This document shows, in pieces, positions 1 through 9,073 of a stretch of 32,000 nucleotides of DNA. This DNA comes from Pirellula staleyi DSM 6068 (GTDB taxonomy: Bacteria > Planctomycetota > Planctomycetia > Pirellulales > Pirellulaceae). Location of the stretch: NCBI GenBank assembly GCA_000025185.1, contig CP001848.1:1590001-1622000 (forward strand), written 5' to 3'. The position numbers and the translations under genes were made by a program. Positions within the stretch are counted from its first letter, which is position 1. Each line of letters starts with the position of its first letter. Under the pieces are notes generated by a model. That model searched no databases and was not told where the DNA came from. It saw nothing but the letters and a program-made list of their open reading frames with translations.

Positions 1-260
1 ACAACTAATTGGGTTCGAAGGTTATCCCTACCCCCAGGGATTGTCAAGTCAGTTTGTCGAGCAAACCGAAACTTGCCGTGCTATCATACGCATCAGTGGG
101 CCTGGATCTGCCGCTAATCGCCAGCCAACTTCGGCCCCTGATAGCTTTTTTTACGGCGACAGTCAGGACCAGAGTTGTCACAAGATCGTGAATAATACCT
201 GACGCAGTGTTCAGGATGAATTGAATAAATACTGGCGAATAATTTACTTAAACGTGAAGA

Positions 261-1280
261 GTGATGAAGCAATTACTTACGAATAGCTGTTTACTACTGG
301 CGCTGCTGATCGCGCTCTGTAGCGCCCCGTCACCAGCGCGTGCCTGGAATGCCAAGGGGCATCGCCTGGTGGCTGCAATCGCTTACCGCAGCCTCACGCC
401 TGAAGATCGGGATGCGTTGATCGAGATCCTGAAGCAGCATCCCCGCTTTGCTGCCGACTTCGAACGCCAGATGCCCGACGTGGTGAAGAGTGGCACGAAA
501 GATCAGCAGCAAGAGTGGCTCTTCGGGCATGCAGCTGTGTGGCCCGACTACATTCGAGGCTTCAAGGGGGAAGAGTCCGACAAGTATCACCGCCCCACGT
601 GGCACTACATCAACTGGCCTCACTATTTGAGCGATGCTGAAGCTGCCGAACTCGCCATGCCTCCGATGGTGAATCGTCATCTCGATCCCGCGATGACCCC
701 GGTTCTCGAACAGAACCTCATGCAGTCGATCGCGCGGCTGCGCTCGCAGTTCGTCGATTCGAAGTACTCGGCTGAAGAGCGCGCGGTGATGATTTGCTGG
801 CTACTACACACCATGGGAGACCTGCATCAGCCGATGCATGGTGCCTCGCTCTTTTGCAAGCCACTCTTTGTGCAAGGCGATCGCGGGGGTAATTCGATCC
901 TGACGCGACAAAGCGGCAACCTGCACGCTGTGTGGGACAATGCCCTCGGGAACGATGATTCGTTTCGCGAGGTGAATCGCCATGCAACGTTGCTGCTGGC
1001 CACGCCCGAGATGACAAAAATCGGCACAGCGTCGCAAGCTTCAATCGAGCAGAAAACGTGGCTCGAAGAGAGTCACGCACTCGCTGTCGAGCATGTCTAT
1101 GACCAAGCAGTGCTGAGCCATGTGCGCGTGCAGATGCTCACTGCAAAAAATGTCGACGACTTCCCGCCTCTGATGCTCAACGAAGATTACCTGCGCAACA
1201 GCAGCAAGGTCTCGGAGCGTCGTTCGGTCGAAGCTGGCTACCGGATCGCGGCTGTGCTGCGGCAGTTGCTTCATCCGTAA
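261..1280 (+). CDS. Secreted S1/P1-type nuclease family protein
   Basis: 339-aa ORF. A signal peptide (LLLALLIALCSAPSPARA) is followed immediately by W-N-A-K-G-H, the mature N-terminal Trp/His metal ligands typical of S1/P1 nucleases. HTMGDLHQPMH and GGN motifs occur later. Alternative starts are GTG261 and ATG264. Confidence 0.8.
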   Translation: MMKQLLTNSCLLLALLIALCSAPSPARAWNAKGHRLVAAIAYRSLTPEDRDALIEILKQHPRFAADFERQMPDVVKSGTKDQQQEWLFGHAAVWPDYIRGFKGEESDKYHRPTWHYINWPHYLSDAEAAELAMPPMVNRHLDPAMTPVLEQNLMQSIARLRSQFVDSKYSAEERAVMICWLLHTMGDLHQPMHGASLFCKPLFVQGDRGGNSILTRQSGNLHAVWDNALGNDDSFREVNRHATLLLATPEMTKIGTASQASIEQKTWLEESHALAVEHVYDQAVLSHVRVQMLTAKNVDDFPPLMLNEDYLRNSSKVSERRSVEAGYRIAAVLRQLLHP

Positions 1281-1319
1281 GTGATAACCCGCAACGAGCT
1301 TAAATCGCTAGAAATAACG

Positions 1320-2861
1320 CTATTTCGCCGCTTTTAGATCGCGAATAGCGGCGGCGATCTGCTGCACGTTTTTAGCAAACCGATCGCTTGAGAGGTAGCG
1401 AAATCCCTTCGCCAATTTTGGCTGACCTGGGAGCGATTCGCCTTGATAGGTTGAAACCCAGCGCCCTTTTTCGTCGCATGTTTGCATCGCTTCGGCAAGT
1501 CGCATGCGATTCACTTTTGTCCGGTTCACGACGATCGGCTGATCGGCTTTGTAGGGCAATGCCTTGATCTGCTTTCGGCACTCCGCAAGTTCTTTTTCAA
1601 TCTCGGCGAGTTCCGATTTTCGCTTCCAGCCGTAGTGCGTTGGCACGTTGCGATCGTCGTACGTCAGTTCGTAGTCGCGGGTCATGTAGAGTGGTTTGTC
1701 GGTCTTCAGTTCGATGAAGCGCGGCAACATCCCGCCCGGCAATTCATGCGTATTGAGGTACGCTAGTGCGCGGGGAATTGGCTCGAGCAAACGCTCGTCG
1801 CTATGCACCAGCGCAATGATCATCAAGGCTCGCATCGCCTCTTGCGATTCGGAGGTGGCAATCGCTGGCGGCTCGAATTTGCGAGCCCACATCGGAATCA
1901 TCTCTTCGTTGTACTGTTGACACCAGGCCGGTTGTGGATCGGGCATCTGCGCAAGCTCGAGAAATCGACCGAGTGAGAAGAGCGCGTCGAACACTTCGCT
2001 ATCGCTCGGCCCCCAGGTGTAATGCGCCATCCGTAGCGTACTCGCCACGGAAAGCGCGAGACCATCGTTAAGCGTCGGATAGTCCCAGTAGTTCTTAATG
2101 CGGCGCTCGGTCTTCCAGTCGTAGGTGGGATAGCTCGCCTTTTTAGTGGCCACTTCCACGGGGCGATTTCCATCAAAAACCTGCGGAAATCCACCGATAT
2201 TCTGAAACATGGCAGTGCTACAGAGCGACGAAATTGCCCCGACGCAACCATAGCTGCGATAGTCGTGCGGGATCACGTCGGCCTCTTCGGCTTGAAGCAG
2301 AAAACGGATCGCCGATTGCGTTTGATCGTCGTCGAGCGACGAGCGATTCCAGGCTTTGCTCTCGCGAGGATTTTTGTTTTCTGGGCGATTGCGATAGTTG
2401 CCAAAGCGCTTGGCTGAGGGATGGAAATAGATGTTCTGATCCCAGCCTCCCGATGCTAGTTGGCCGTCGAGGAGTGCATCGGCAACCGACTTTGCATAGC
2501 GACGATAGTTCTCATCACCGGTCGCTTGGAACGCGGCGAGATACGCTTCCCCCACGGTCGGTGTGCCGGGGGGCTGCACGGCAATCGTATCCTTGTCGAA
2601 CTCCCCTTCACCAAAGAAACGCGTGAGATCCTCGCTCACGAAGTAGACATAGCCGCCGTGCTGCGCGACATGGTCGTGAAAGTACTTGCACGCGCGAGCA
2701 AGCGTGGACTCCAGCGCGTCGAGCGATAGATTGTCGACCCTAGGGGGTTCTGCTCCGAGCACGGAAGAAGCTCGATTGCCACCCAGCAGTAAAGCAGTTG
2801 CCGCCGCTGCCTTCAGCAAGTTGCGCCGCGAGATCGCCATCGGAAAATCCTCGTCAAACAA
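1320..2861 (-). CDS. Tat-signal exported protein of unknown function, possibly an alpha/alpha-toroid fold (PL10 pectate-lyase-like or prenyltransferase-like)
   Basis: 513-aa ORF with no competing long ORF. The N-terminus SRRNLLKAAAATALLLGG is a twin-arginine-type signal. Recurrent GGW/GGY motifs (HGGYVYF, ASGGWDQ) are present. The product family is a weak guess. Confidence 0.55.
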   Translation of the reverse strand: MFDEDFPMAISRRNLLKAAAATALLLGGNRASSVLGAEPPRVDNLSLDALESTLARACKYFHDHVAQHGGYVYFVSEDLTRFFGEGEFDKDTIAVQPPGTPTVGEAYLAAFQATGDENYRRYAKSVADALLDGQLASGGWDQNIYFHPSAKRFGNYRNRPENKNPRESKAWNRSSLDDDQTQSAIRFLLQAEEADVIPHDYRSYGCVGAISSLCSTAMFQNIGGFPQVFDGNRPVEVATKKASYPTYDWKTERRIKNYWDYPTLNDGLALSVASTLRMAHYTWGPSDSEVFDALFSLGRFLELAQMPDPQPAWCQQYNEEMIPMWARKFEPPAIATSESQEAMRALMIIALVHSDERLLEPIPRALAYLNTHELPGGMLPRFIELKTDKPLYMTRDYELTYDDRNVPTHYGWKRKSELAEIEKELAECRKQIKALPYKADQPIVVNRTKVNRMRLAEAMQTCDEKGRWVSTYQGESLPGQPKLAKGFRYLSSDRFAKNVQQIAAAIRDLKAAK

Positions 2862-2913
2862 GGGAAATAGTCACGATTCTCGCGGCAGAGAGGCTCGGCT
2901 TCACGCGCTGCGA

Positions 2914-3807
2914 TTACAGCGGCAAGTCGCTCGGGGGCTCGGTGGCAGGAGCCACTTCGCGGTCGATCTTTTTCCAAAGCGGAATCGTTTTGTTGGTCGT
3001 ATCGCCACCGGTCTTCAAGAAGAAGAGTTCCGCAGCGGGACCAGCATCGATGTTCATCACAGGGTTGCTATCGCCGGTGAACTTAGCGGAGGTGATCGGC
3101 ACCCACTTCTTCTCTTCTGTCAGGCTCCAAGCATTTCCGAAGCGAGCTGTCCGGACTTGTTTAGCCGACTCGCCGTTGCGACGAAAATCTTCGACGAACG
3201 AATACTGACCACGAATGAGATGGGCGTTCGATAGTGTGGCAAACGTGACCAAGTGCTTCCACTTCGATTCTTGTGGCAAGTAGAGATAGCCGCTGTAAGC
3301 GACGCGATCTTCTTTTGGTTCGGCTTTCACCATGAATCGTAACTTCTCGCCGACTTTCCAGTCGAAGTCGGTCATGCTCTTGCCGCCGGTCCCTTCACCA
3401 CCGAAGCGACTCACGCGAACTCCTTCTCCTGCATGCAGAACTTGCACGCGTTTATCTTGGTCGACCGAGCGTGGATCGTCTTGGCTACCAGGATCCCACA
3501 CGCTGAAAATGGCGACTTTCTTTCCATCGCCGAGTTCTTGAATTCCGAAATAGCCTTGTCGAAAGCCGATCACACAGAAGTAGGTGCCGGGCGCAGTTTG
3601 GTCGACAATCGCTTCGCAGTAGAAAGCGGTCGAGGGAGGAGCATCGTACCCCAAATGCACACTTCGGCAGGCAGTGTCTTTGAGCGACTCATCAGCGTGC
3701 GCGGCATATGGCTGCGCGGCAGATAAAAGTGTGACAGAAACGACCACTAAAGAGGCGAGCAGCGAACCAGAACGAGCCCAATGTCGACGAAAGGGGGCGA
3801 GCCACAT
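2914..3807 (-). CDS. DUF3472-like secreted protein
   Basis: The ORF is open to 3951, but the internal ATG at 3807 gives a clean signal peptide (MWLAPFRRHWARSGSLLASLVVVSVTLLSAAQPYAAHA). Motifs GYFGIQ, FSVWDPG, RFGGEGTG and SFVEDF match my recollection of the DUF3472 pattern. Confidence 0.6.
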   Translation of the reverse strand: MWLAPFRRHWARSGSLLASLVVVSVTLLSAAQPYAAHADESLKDTACRSVHLGYDAPPSTAFYCEAIVDQTAPGTYFCVIGFRQGYFGIQELGDGKKVAIFSVWDPGSQDDPRSVDQDKRVQVLHAGEGVRVSRFGGEGTGGKSMTDFDWKVGEKLRFMVKAEPKEDRVAYSGYLYLPQESKWKHLVTFATLSNAHLIRGQYSFVEDFRRNGESAKQVRTARFGNAWSLTEEKKWVPITSAKFTGDSNPVMNIDAGPAAELFFLKTGGDTTNKTIPLWKKIDREVAPATEPPSDLPL

Positions 3808-3958
3808 CAGCAGAATCTCGATATTCACGAGGGAAGAACCGCTGCACATCGTGGGAGAGCCAGCGGGAAGCCATGAATTATCAACCGTTTCAAAGCGACT
3901 ACTACCCCCCGCGAGCTGTAGAGGAGATGGAATGCGATCATTCCGCCCCAAAATGAAT

Positions 3959-3987
3959 TTGACTCGGTTTATCTACAGCTGTAGTAT
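3959..3987 (+). promoter_or_regulatory. Sigma70-like promoter (TTGACT-17 nt-TAGTAT) with an overlapping TACAnnTGTA operator palindrome
   Basis: ttgact is at 3959-3964, followed by a 17-nt spacer and tagtat at 3982-3987. The perfect 12-bp palindrome ctacagctgtag (3973-3984) contains TACAGCTGTA, the BlaI/MecI/CopY-type TACAnnTGTA box. The site is about 100 nt upstream of the BlaI-like gene. Confidence 0.5.
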
Positions 3988-4087
3988 CTGCCGCTAAGGC
4001 GAATTTGCAAAACGCGTAGCGAGTGCCAGGTTTTGCAGCTGTTTTTGTCGACTTCGAACTGATTTTCTTGAAGTGTTAGGGCGCTCC

Positions 4088-4528
4088 ATGCGACGGATGA
4101 GTGGGTTGCAACTTTCGATCATGCGCGTGCTGTGGCAGCGCGGACCCAGCAGCGTGGCCGAAGTTCAGAAAGAACTTCACAGTACTCGGCCCCTGGCTTA
4201 TTCCACCCTCGCTACGCTGCTGAAGCGGATGGAAGAAAAGCACGCCGTGCGCCACATCACGGAAGGGCGCACCTTCATCTACGAAGCAATGATCCAGCCG
4301 GAAGAAGCGGGTCACTCGCTGTTTGCCGATCTGCTCGAGCATGTGTTTGCTGGCAGCCCTTCGCAACTGGTGAGTCACTTGCTGCATACGCGCGAGATCG
4401 AGCCGGATGAAATGGCGCGGATCGAGTCGCTGGTAAGGAAACATCAAGAGCGCACCGGTGCGGATTCAACCGACGACGAATCGATGCGCGACAAGTCTCC
4501 CCGACGATCTCGGAGGAAAGATAAATGA
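4088..4528 (+). CDS. BlaI/MecI/CopY-family transcriptional repressor
   Basis: Winged-helix N-terminus (LSIMRVLWQRGPSSVAEVQKEL...YSTLATLLKRMEEKHAVRH) typical of the penicillinase-repressor family. The ORF is open from GTG4073; ATG4088 was chosen. Its stop overlaps the next start (ATGA at 4525-4528). Confidence 0.85.
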   Translation: MRRMSGLQLSIMRVLWQRGPSSVAEVQKELHSTRPLAYSTLATLLKRMEEKHAVRHITEGRTFIYEAMIQPEEAGHSLFADLLEHVFAGSPSQLVSHLLHTREIEPDEMARIESLVRKHQERTGADSTDDESMRDKSPRRSRRKDK

Positions 4529-6588
4529 GCGACCCCAACCTTGGGCTGGCGCTGCTTGTCGCCCTGCTGATTCATAGTTCTCTTTTCGCGACTTTCGCCG
4601 CGCTCTTCGCGTGGTTGGCCGGGGCTGATCGTCCCGGCGCTACGGCACTGGTCTGGAAAATTACAGTCGCTGGCGCGCTCGTCACCGCTCCCCTCGCGAT
4701 GCTGCTGCCAGCCGACTACTCCCTCATCACGTGGCACACTGCGGCTCTGGCTCAGGCTGATTCGAGCCCCTCCCCTGCTTCGGACACTCGCGCGGAAGGA
4801 TGGTCCGCGACCATCGCTTCGGCACCCGTGTCAGCAGCCGAGGCTTTCGAAACTACTGCCGGTGAACCATCCGTTTCCACGAGCAACGCAGCTGACCCTT
4901 ACGAAGCTTCCTGGGCAGATAGTCAGACGCTTTACGTTTGCCTCTGCATGACGATGGTCCTGGGGCTTTTGATCGGGATCACGCGCCTTGTCATCGGCCA
5001 AGTTTATCTTTCGCGAGAACTTGCGAGCTGCACGCGAGCGACCGATCCTGAGCTTTTGGCGATGACGCGCCGCTTAGCGATTTCCCTGGGAATTCGCGAT
5101 CCGATCGAGGTTTTGATCCTGCCGCGTACCGCCAGTCCGATGGCCGTGGGGTTCCTCCGCTACAAGCTGGTCCTACCGCAACCTACATGGTGGGGAGCGC
5201 TCGATCGCGCTCAGCAGATGGGAATGGTAGCTCATGAACTTGCGCACCTGCGACATCGCGATCCACTCTGGTCGGTCGTCGGGCATTTGATCTGTCACAC
5301 CCTCTGGTTTCAGCCGCTGCTGTGGTATGCCGTGAAGCAGATGCGCATGACAGCCGAGTTTGCTGCTGACGACGAAGCTCGCCGCCTGAGTGGCGATGGA
5401 CTTGGTCTAGCACGCTCGCTGGCGACCCTCGCGTCGTGGCTCGTGACGGAGCGAGCATCCGACTCGATTTCGATCGCCACCTCGGGACTTTCGTCGTATC
5501 GCTCAACGCTCGGACAGCGTGTCGAACAACTCCTCGCGCCGCGTCGCAGCGTCAGACCTTCGATCCTTCCCGTGGCTGCTGGTTTGCTCGTGGTGCTTCT
5601 CCTCGCTCTTCTGCTCACGCCCCGTTTGGCCGTGACTGCCGTGGCTGAGGAAAAGCCCGCCGCGATCGCTCCTCCCGTGAGCGCCGCGCCACCGAAAACC
5701 GAAAGCGACAAGCCCACCAAGCCCGTCAAGCCGATCACGGAAGTGGATCTCTTCGCCGAAGAGGCCAAGCCAGTTTCGCCGCCGAAAGTAGCGGAAAAAC
5801 AAGCTGATAAGCAGCCACTTGACCAACCACCAATCAAAACCGCACAGCCAGTTCCGGAGGGTTTTGAAGGGTTCCGTGGCCAGCTCAGCGGTCTCGTAGT
5901 TGCCAAGAACGACGATCTCGGCAGCTTTCAGCTGGAAGTGCTGGAAGTCAAACGGGTTTGGAAAAACAATACCGCGAAGCATCCTGAAACGGTGATCAGC
6001 CGCATCATCAACATCGAGAACCTGACCGGCAAATGGCTCGATGTGCTCCTCACGATCAAGGTGGGAGATGCGGTTGAGATCGAGACCAAACATGTGCGCG
6101 GACCCAATGCCGAGTTCCTCGGCGAGTCGTTCAAAAAAGTAGAGCTGACCGACATCCAAGCGCGCTTGAAAGAGAAGCGTTCCGACGCAACGGGCGAGAT
6201 GGCAGCTAATCCCAATCAGCCTCGCAAAGATCGTCTAGCCGAAACGGAAAAGATCTCAGAGTCGACCGATCCCACTCTCTTTCCTGAAGGGCTGCGTGGT
6301 TTTCGTGGGATCATGATCGGACGCGTGATGGCGACCGACGCCGAGCAAGGGAAGCTGGTGATCGAGGGGATCGAGGTCAAACGGACTTGGCCGAAGAACA
6401 CTGCCAAGAACGCGGCCAGTTTGCGCGGAAAACGCCTTGAAATCGAAGGTATTTCGGGCAAATGGCTCGACGTTCTGCTGACCTTCAAGGCCGGAGATGT
6501 GATCGAGGTCGAGGCGTTTCATAATAGCGGCGAGAAGCTCGACTTCGTGCAGGAGTGGCTCAAAAAGCTTGAGGCCCCCGCCAAATAG
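4525..6588 (+). CDS. M56 (BlaR1-like) membrane metalloprotease/sensor with an unusual duplicated C-terminal domain
   Basis: 687 aa with N-terminal TM helices. The HELAHLRHRD zinc motif is in the position typical of peptidase M56. A further TM segment (LLVVLLLALLL) is followed by a Pro/Lys-rich linker and two ~97-aa homologous repeats. The gene is translationally coupled to the repressor. Confidence 0.85.
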   Translation: MSDPNLGLALLVALLIHSSLFATFAALFAWLAGADRPGATALVWKITVAGALVTAPLAMLLPADYSLITWHTAALAQADSSPSPASDTRAEGWSATIASAPVSAAEAFETTAGEPSVSTSNAADPYEASWADSQTLYVCLCMTMVLGLLIGITRLVIGQVYLSRELASCTRATDPELLAMTRRLAISLGIRDPIEVLILPRTASPMAVGFLRYKLVLPQPTWWGALDRAQQMGMVAHELAHLRHRDPLWSVVGHLICHTLWFQPLLWYAVKQMRMTAEFAADDEARRLSGDGLGLARSLATLASWLVTERASDSISIATSGLSSYRSTLGQRVEQLLAPRRSVRPSILPVAAGLLVVLLLALLLTPRLAVTAVAEEKPAAIAPPVSAAPPKTESDKPTKPVKPITEVDLFAEEAKPVSPPKVAEKQADKQPLDQPPIKTAQPVPEGFEGFRGQLSGLVVAKNDDLGSFQLEVLEVKRVWKNNTAKHPETVISRIINIENLTGKWLDVLLTIKVGDAVEIETKHVRGPNAEFLGESFKKVELTDIQARLKEKRSDATGEMAANPNQPRKDRLAETEKISESTDPTLFPEGLRGFRGIMIGRVMATDAEQGKLVIEGIEVKRTWPKNTAKNAASLRGKRLEIEGISGKWLDVLLTFKAGDVIEVEAFHNSGEKLDFVQEWLKKLEAPAK

Positions 6589-6643
6589 TAACTCGTAAGC
6601 GCGATCGATCCATCGTGAGTCGTTCGCGAGTAGCGGTGGCAGC

Positions 6644-9055
6644 ATGCGTCGGCTAGTAGCAAGTCAGACTCTTCGAGTATGGCGCTATTATTTTCTCGCG
6701 CTCGTTTCGCTGATGAGCATCACGAGCATGCTCGCTGCTGAGGAACTTGTAGCTGAGGAAGCCTCGCCACTCGCCGTGCGCGACCGGTTTGCGAAGCTCG
6801 AAGAATCACCGGAGCCCGATTTTCAGCGACACGTTGTTCCGCTGTTGTCGAATCTCGGCTGTAGTGGTCGCCACTGTCACGGCGCAAGCCAAGGGCAAGG
6901 CAATTTCAAGCTCTCCCTGTTTGGCTACGATTTTACAGCCGATCATCAAGCGCTCGTCCAAGGCTCGCGCATCGATCGGCGCGACGCGTCCAAAAGTCTC
7001 CTCCTCCAAAAGCCGCTCGCAATCGTCGACCATGAAGGGGGCCAGCGCATCGAGCGCGGCAGCTGGCAACATCACTTGCTGCAGGCCTGGATTAGCGCCG
7101 GTGGCAAGCGCGAGCGATCGCAGCGGCTGCTTAAACTCGAAATCGTTCCCCCCGAACTGCTCCTCGATTCACCCGGGAAATCGCAGCGGTTTTCGGTCGT
7201 GGCAAGTTGGTCGGATGGTTCGCGCGAAGAGGTGACGGGTCTAGCCCGCATAGAAGTGCGCGACGACACGGTCGCTCAGTTGCGCAAGCTCAACACCGTG
7301 GAAGCAGTCGGTGCTGGGGACACGCATTTGGTCGCCATCTACGACGCGCTGGTCGTCTCGGCTCCAGTCCTTGTCCCCTATCCAGCGGCCAGCTCGCGAG
7401 CACTCGCAGCGACCGATCACCCTGTCGATCACGGGGTGGATCGTTTGGTTCTCGAGAAACTTCAGAAGCTCGGGATCGAGCCGGCCGCGATCTGCAGCGA
7501 TGCGGAATTCCTGCGGCGAGCGAGCCTCGACATCATCGGGACGCTCCCGACGCCGAGCGAAGTGCGAACGTTTCTCGCCGACAAGGACGAAGACAAACGT
7601 ACGCGAAAAATCGACGAGCTGCTCGCGCATCCGATGCATGCCGCCTGGTGGAGTGTAAAGCTCGCGGAACTCACGGGCGGGGCACCCTCGCAGCAGAGCG
7701 ATGCCCCGCAGCAGTTCGCGCAGCAGTGGTACGATTGGCTCGCGCGACGACTCGCCGAGAACATGCCGTACGACCAAATCGTCGCTGGGATGCTGCTGGC
7801 CGAAAGTCGTCCCGCAGGCGCAACCTATCGCGCGTATGCCGAGGAGATGTCGTCGTACTTTCGCGAGGCTGATCCCGCCGACTTTGCGTCGCGGGCCACG
7901 CTGCCCCACTTCTGGAGTCGTAAGTCGCTCCAAGAACCACGCGCCAAGGCGCTCGCGGTTTCGCACACGTTTCTCGGGATTCGTCTCGAGTGCGCGGAGT
8001 GTCACAAACATCCGCACGATCAATGGACGCAGCAAGATTTTCGTGAACTCGGGAAGTTGCTCTCGGCGATCGAGTACGGCACTGCTCCCGACGCGCGCGA
8101 CGAGCAGCAGCGACTGGTGCGCGAACTAGGGAGCAACCTGGGCCCGCAGCAGTCGATCTCGGCCGACCTGTTGGCGAAGGCTGCCGATGGCCAAGTGCTG
8201 CCGTGGCGTGAGCTGTTTATCGCGCGCGAAGTAACTCCCCCCCGAGCGATTTTGCAGCTTCCGGTCGATGGTTCGGCGACTCGCGATCCACGCCGAATTT
8301 TCTACGACTGGCTTCTGCAAGAGAACAATCCATTCTTCGCGCGGGCGATCGTGAATCGTGTTTGGCGAGGCTATTTTCATCGCGGACTCATCGATCCGAC
8401 CGACGACGCAAGTCCGGCAAACCCTGCTTCGCACGAGCCGCTGCTGCGTTATTTATCGCAAGCGTTTGTGCAAAAGAAGTACGACCTGCGGTGGCTCCAT
8501 CGCGAAATTGTGACTAGCGCCACCTATCAGCGTTCGTGGCGACCAGTCTCGAGCGAGGTGCGCGATTTACGCAACGCGAGCCGCTTCGTCCCACGCCGCT
8601 TACCGGCTGAAGTTCTCTACGACGCCCTCAAGCAAGTCTCGCTGACGACAAAAGAGCTCGAAGCGTTTGCCCGCGATCCACGGCAGCGCGCCGCTGGCAA
8701 GTTATCCCCCAAGCTGCAAGGGAGCTACGCGATGCTCGCCTTTGGCAAACCGGCGGGGCAAGCGATGTGCGACTGCGAGCGGAGCGAACGGACCACGCTG
8801 CTGCAGTCGATCTTCACCCAGAACGATCCCCTCGTTCAGCTCCGGCTTGAGAGCACCAGCTGGGCCGCAGCTCTTGCGCGCGACGAGCTGATCGACGAGG
8901 CCTATTTGCGAACCCTCAGCCGCTTTCCGACGAGTGATGAGCGCGATCGCGTAGCCGCTCAGCTCGCCGAGCTACCGGCCGATGATCGTGAGGAAGCAGC
9001 GCGGTCGCTTCTGTGGTCGCTCATCAATAGTAAAGAGTTTTTGCTGAATCACTAA
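6644..9055 (+). CDS. DUF1549/DUF1553 (PSD1-type) domain protein
   Basis: 803 aa. N-terminal CSGRHCHG cytochrome-like motif, FLGIRLECAECHKHPHDQW (DUF1549-type) and NPFFARAIVNRVWRGYFHRGLIDPTDD (DUF1553-type). It is followed by its usual DUF1501 partner. Confidence 0.85.
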   Translation: MRRLVASQTLRVWRYYFLALVSLMSITSMLAAEELVAEEASPLAVRDRFAKLEESPEPDFQRHVVPLLSNLGCSGRHCHGASQGQGNFKLSLFGYDFTADHQALVQGSRIDRRDASKSLLLQKPLAIVDHEGGQRIERGSWQHHLLQAWISAGGKRERSQRLLKLEIVPPELLLDSPGKSQRFSVVASWSDGSREEVTGLARIEVRDDTVAQLRKLNTVEAVGAGDTHLVAIYDALVVSAPVLVPYPAASSRALAATDHPVDHGVDRLVLEKLQKLGIEPAAICSDAEFLRRASLDIIGTLPTPSEVRTFLADKDEDKRTRKIDELLAHPMHAAWWSVKLAELTGGAPSQQSDAPQQFAQQWYDWLARRLAENMPYDQIVAGMLLAESRPAGATYRAYAEEMSSYFREADPADFASRATLPHFWSRKSLQEPRAKALAVSHTFLGIRLECAECHKHPHDQWTQQDFRELGKLLSAIEYGTAPDARDEQQRLVRELGSNLGPQQSISADLLAKAADGQVLPWRELFIAREVTPPRAILQLPVDGSATRDPRRIFYDWLLQENNPFFARAIVNRVWRGYFHRGLIDPTDDASPANPASHEPLLRYLSQAFVQKKYDLRWLHREIVTSATYQRSWRPVSSEVRDLRNASRFVPRRLPAEVLYDALKQVSLTTKELEAFARDPRQRAAGKLSPKLQGSYAMLAFGKPAGQAMCDCERSERTTLLQSIFTQNDPLVQLRLESTSWAAALARDELIDEAYLRTLSRFPTSDERDRVAAQLAELPADDREEAARSLLWSLINSKEFLLNH

Positions 9056-9073
9056 AGAAATGCTGCAAAAGTC

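Noticed and set aside
9-191. 60-aa ORF at the left edge
   Set aside because: It has no RBS, motif or coding-like composition. It lies in what appears to be the upstream non-coding region of the nuclease gene. I did not recognise an RNA gene there either.
7207-8035. Long overlapping ORFs inside the DUF1549/DUF1553 gene (221 aa on +, 264 aa on -, and others)
   Set aside because: They are alternative-frame or antisense ORFs of a GC-rich gene. Their translations are Arg/Ser/Ala-rich and motif-free, whereas the 803-aa frame carries clear family motifs end to end.
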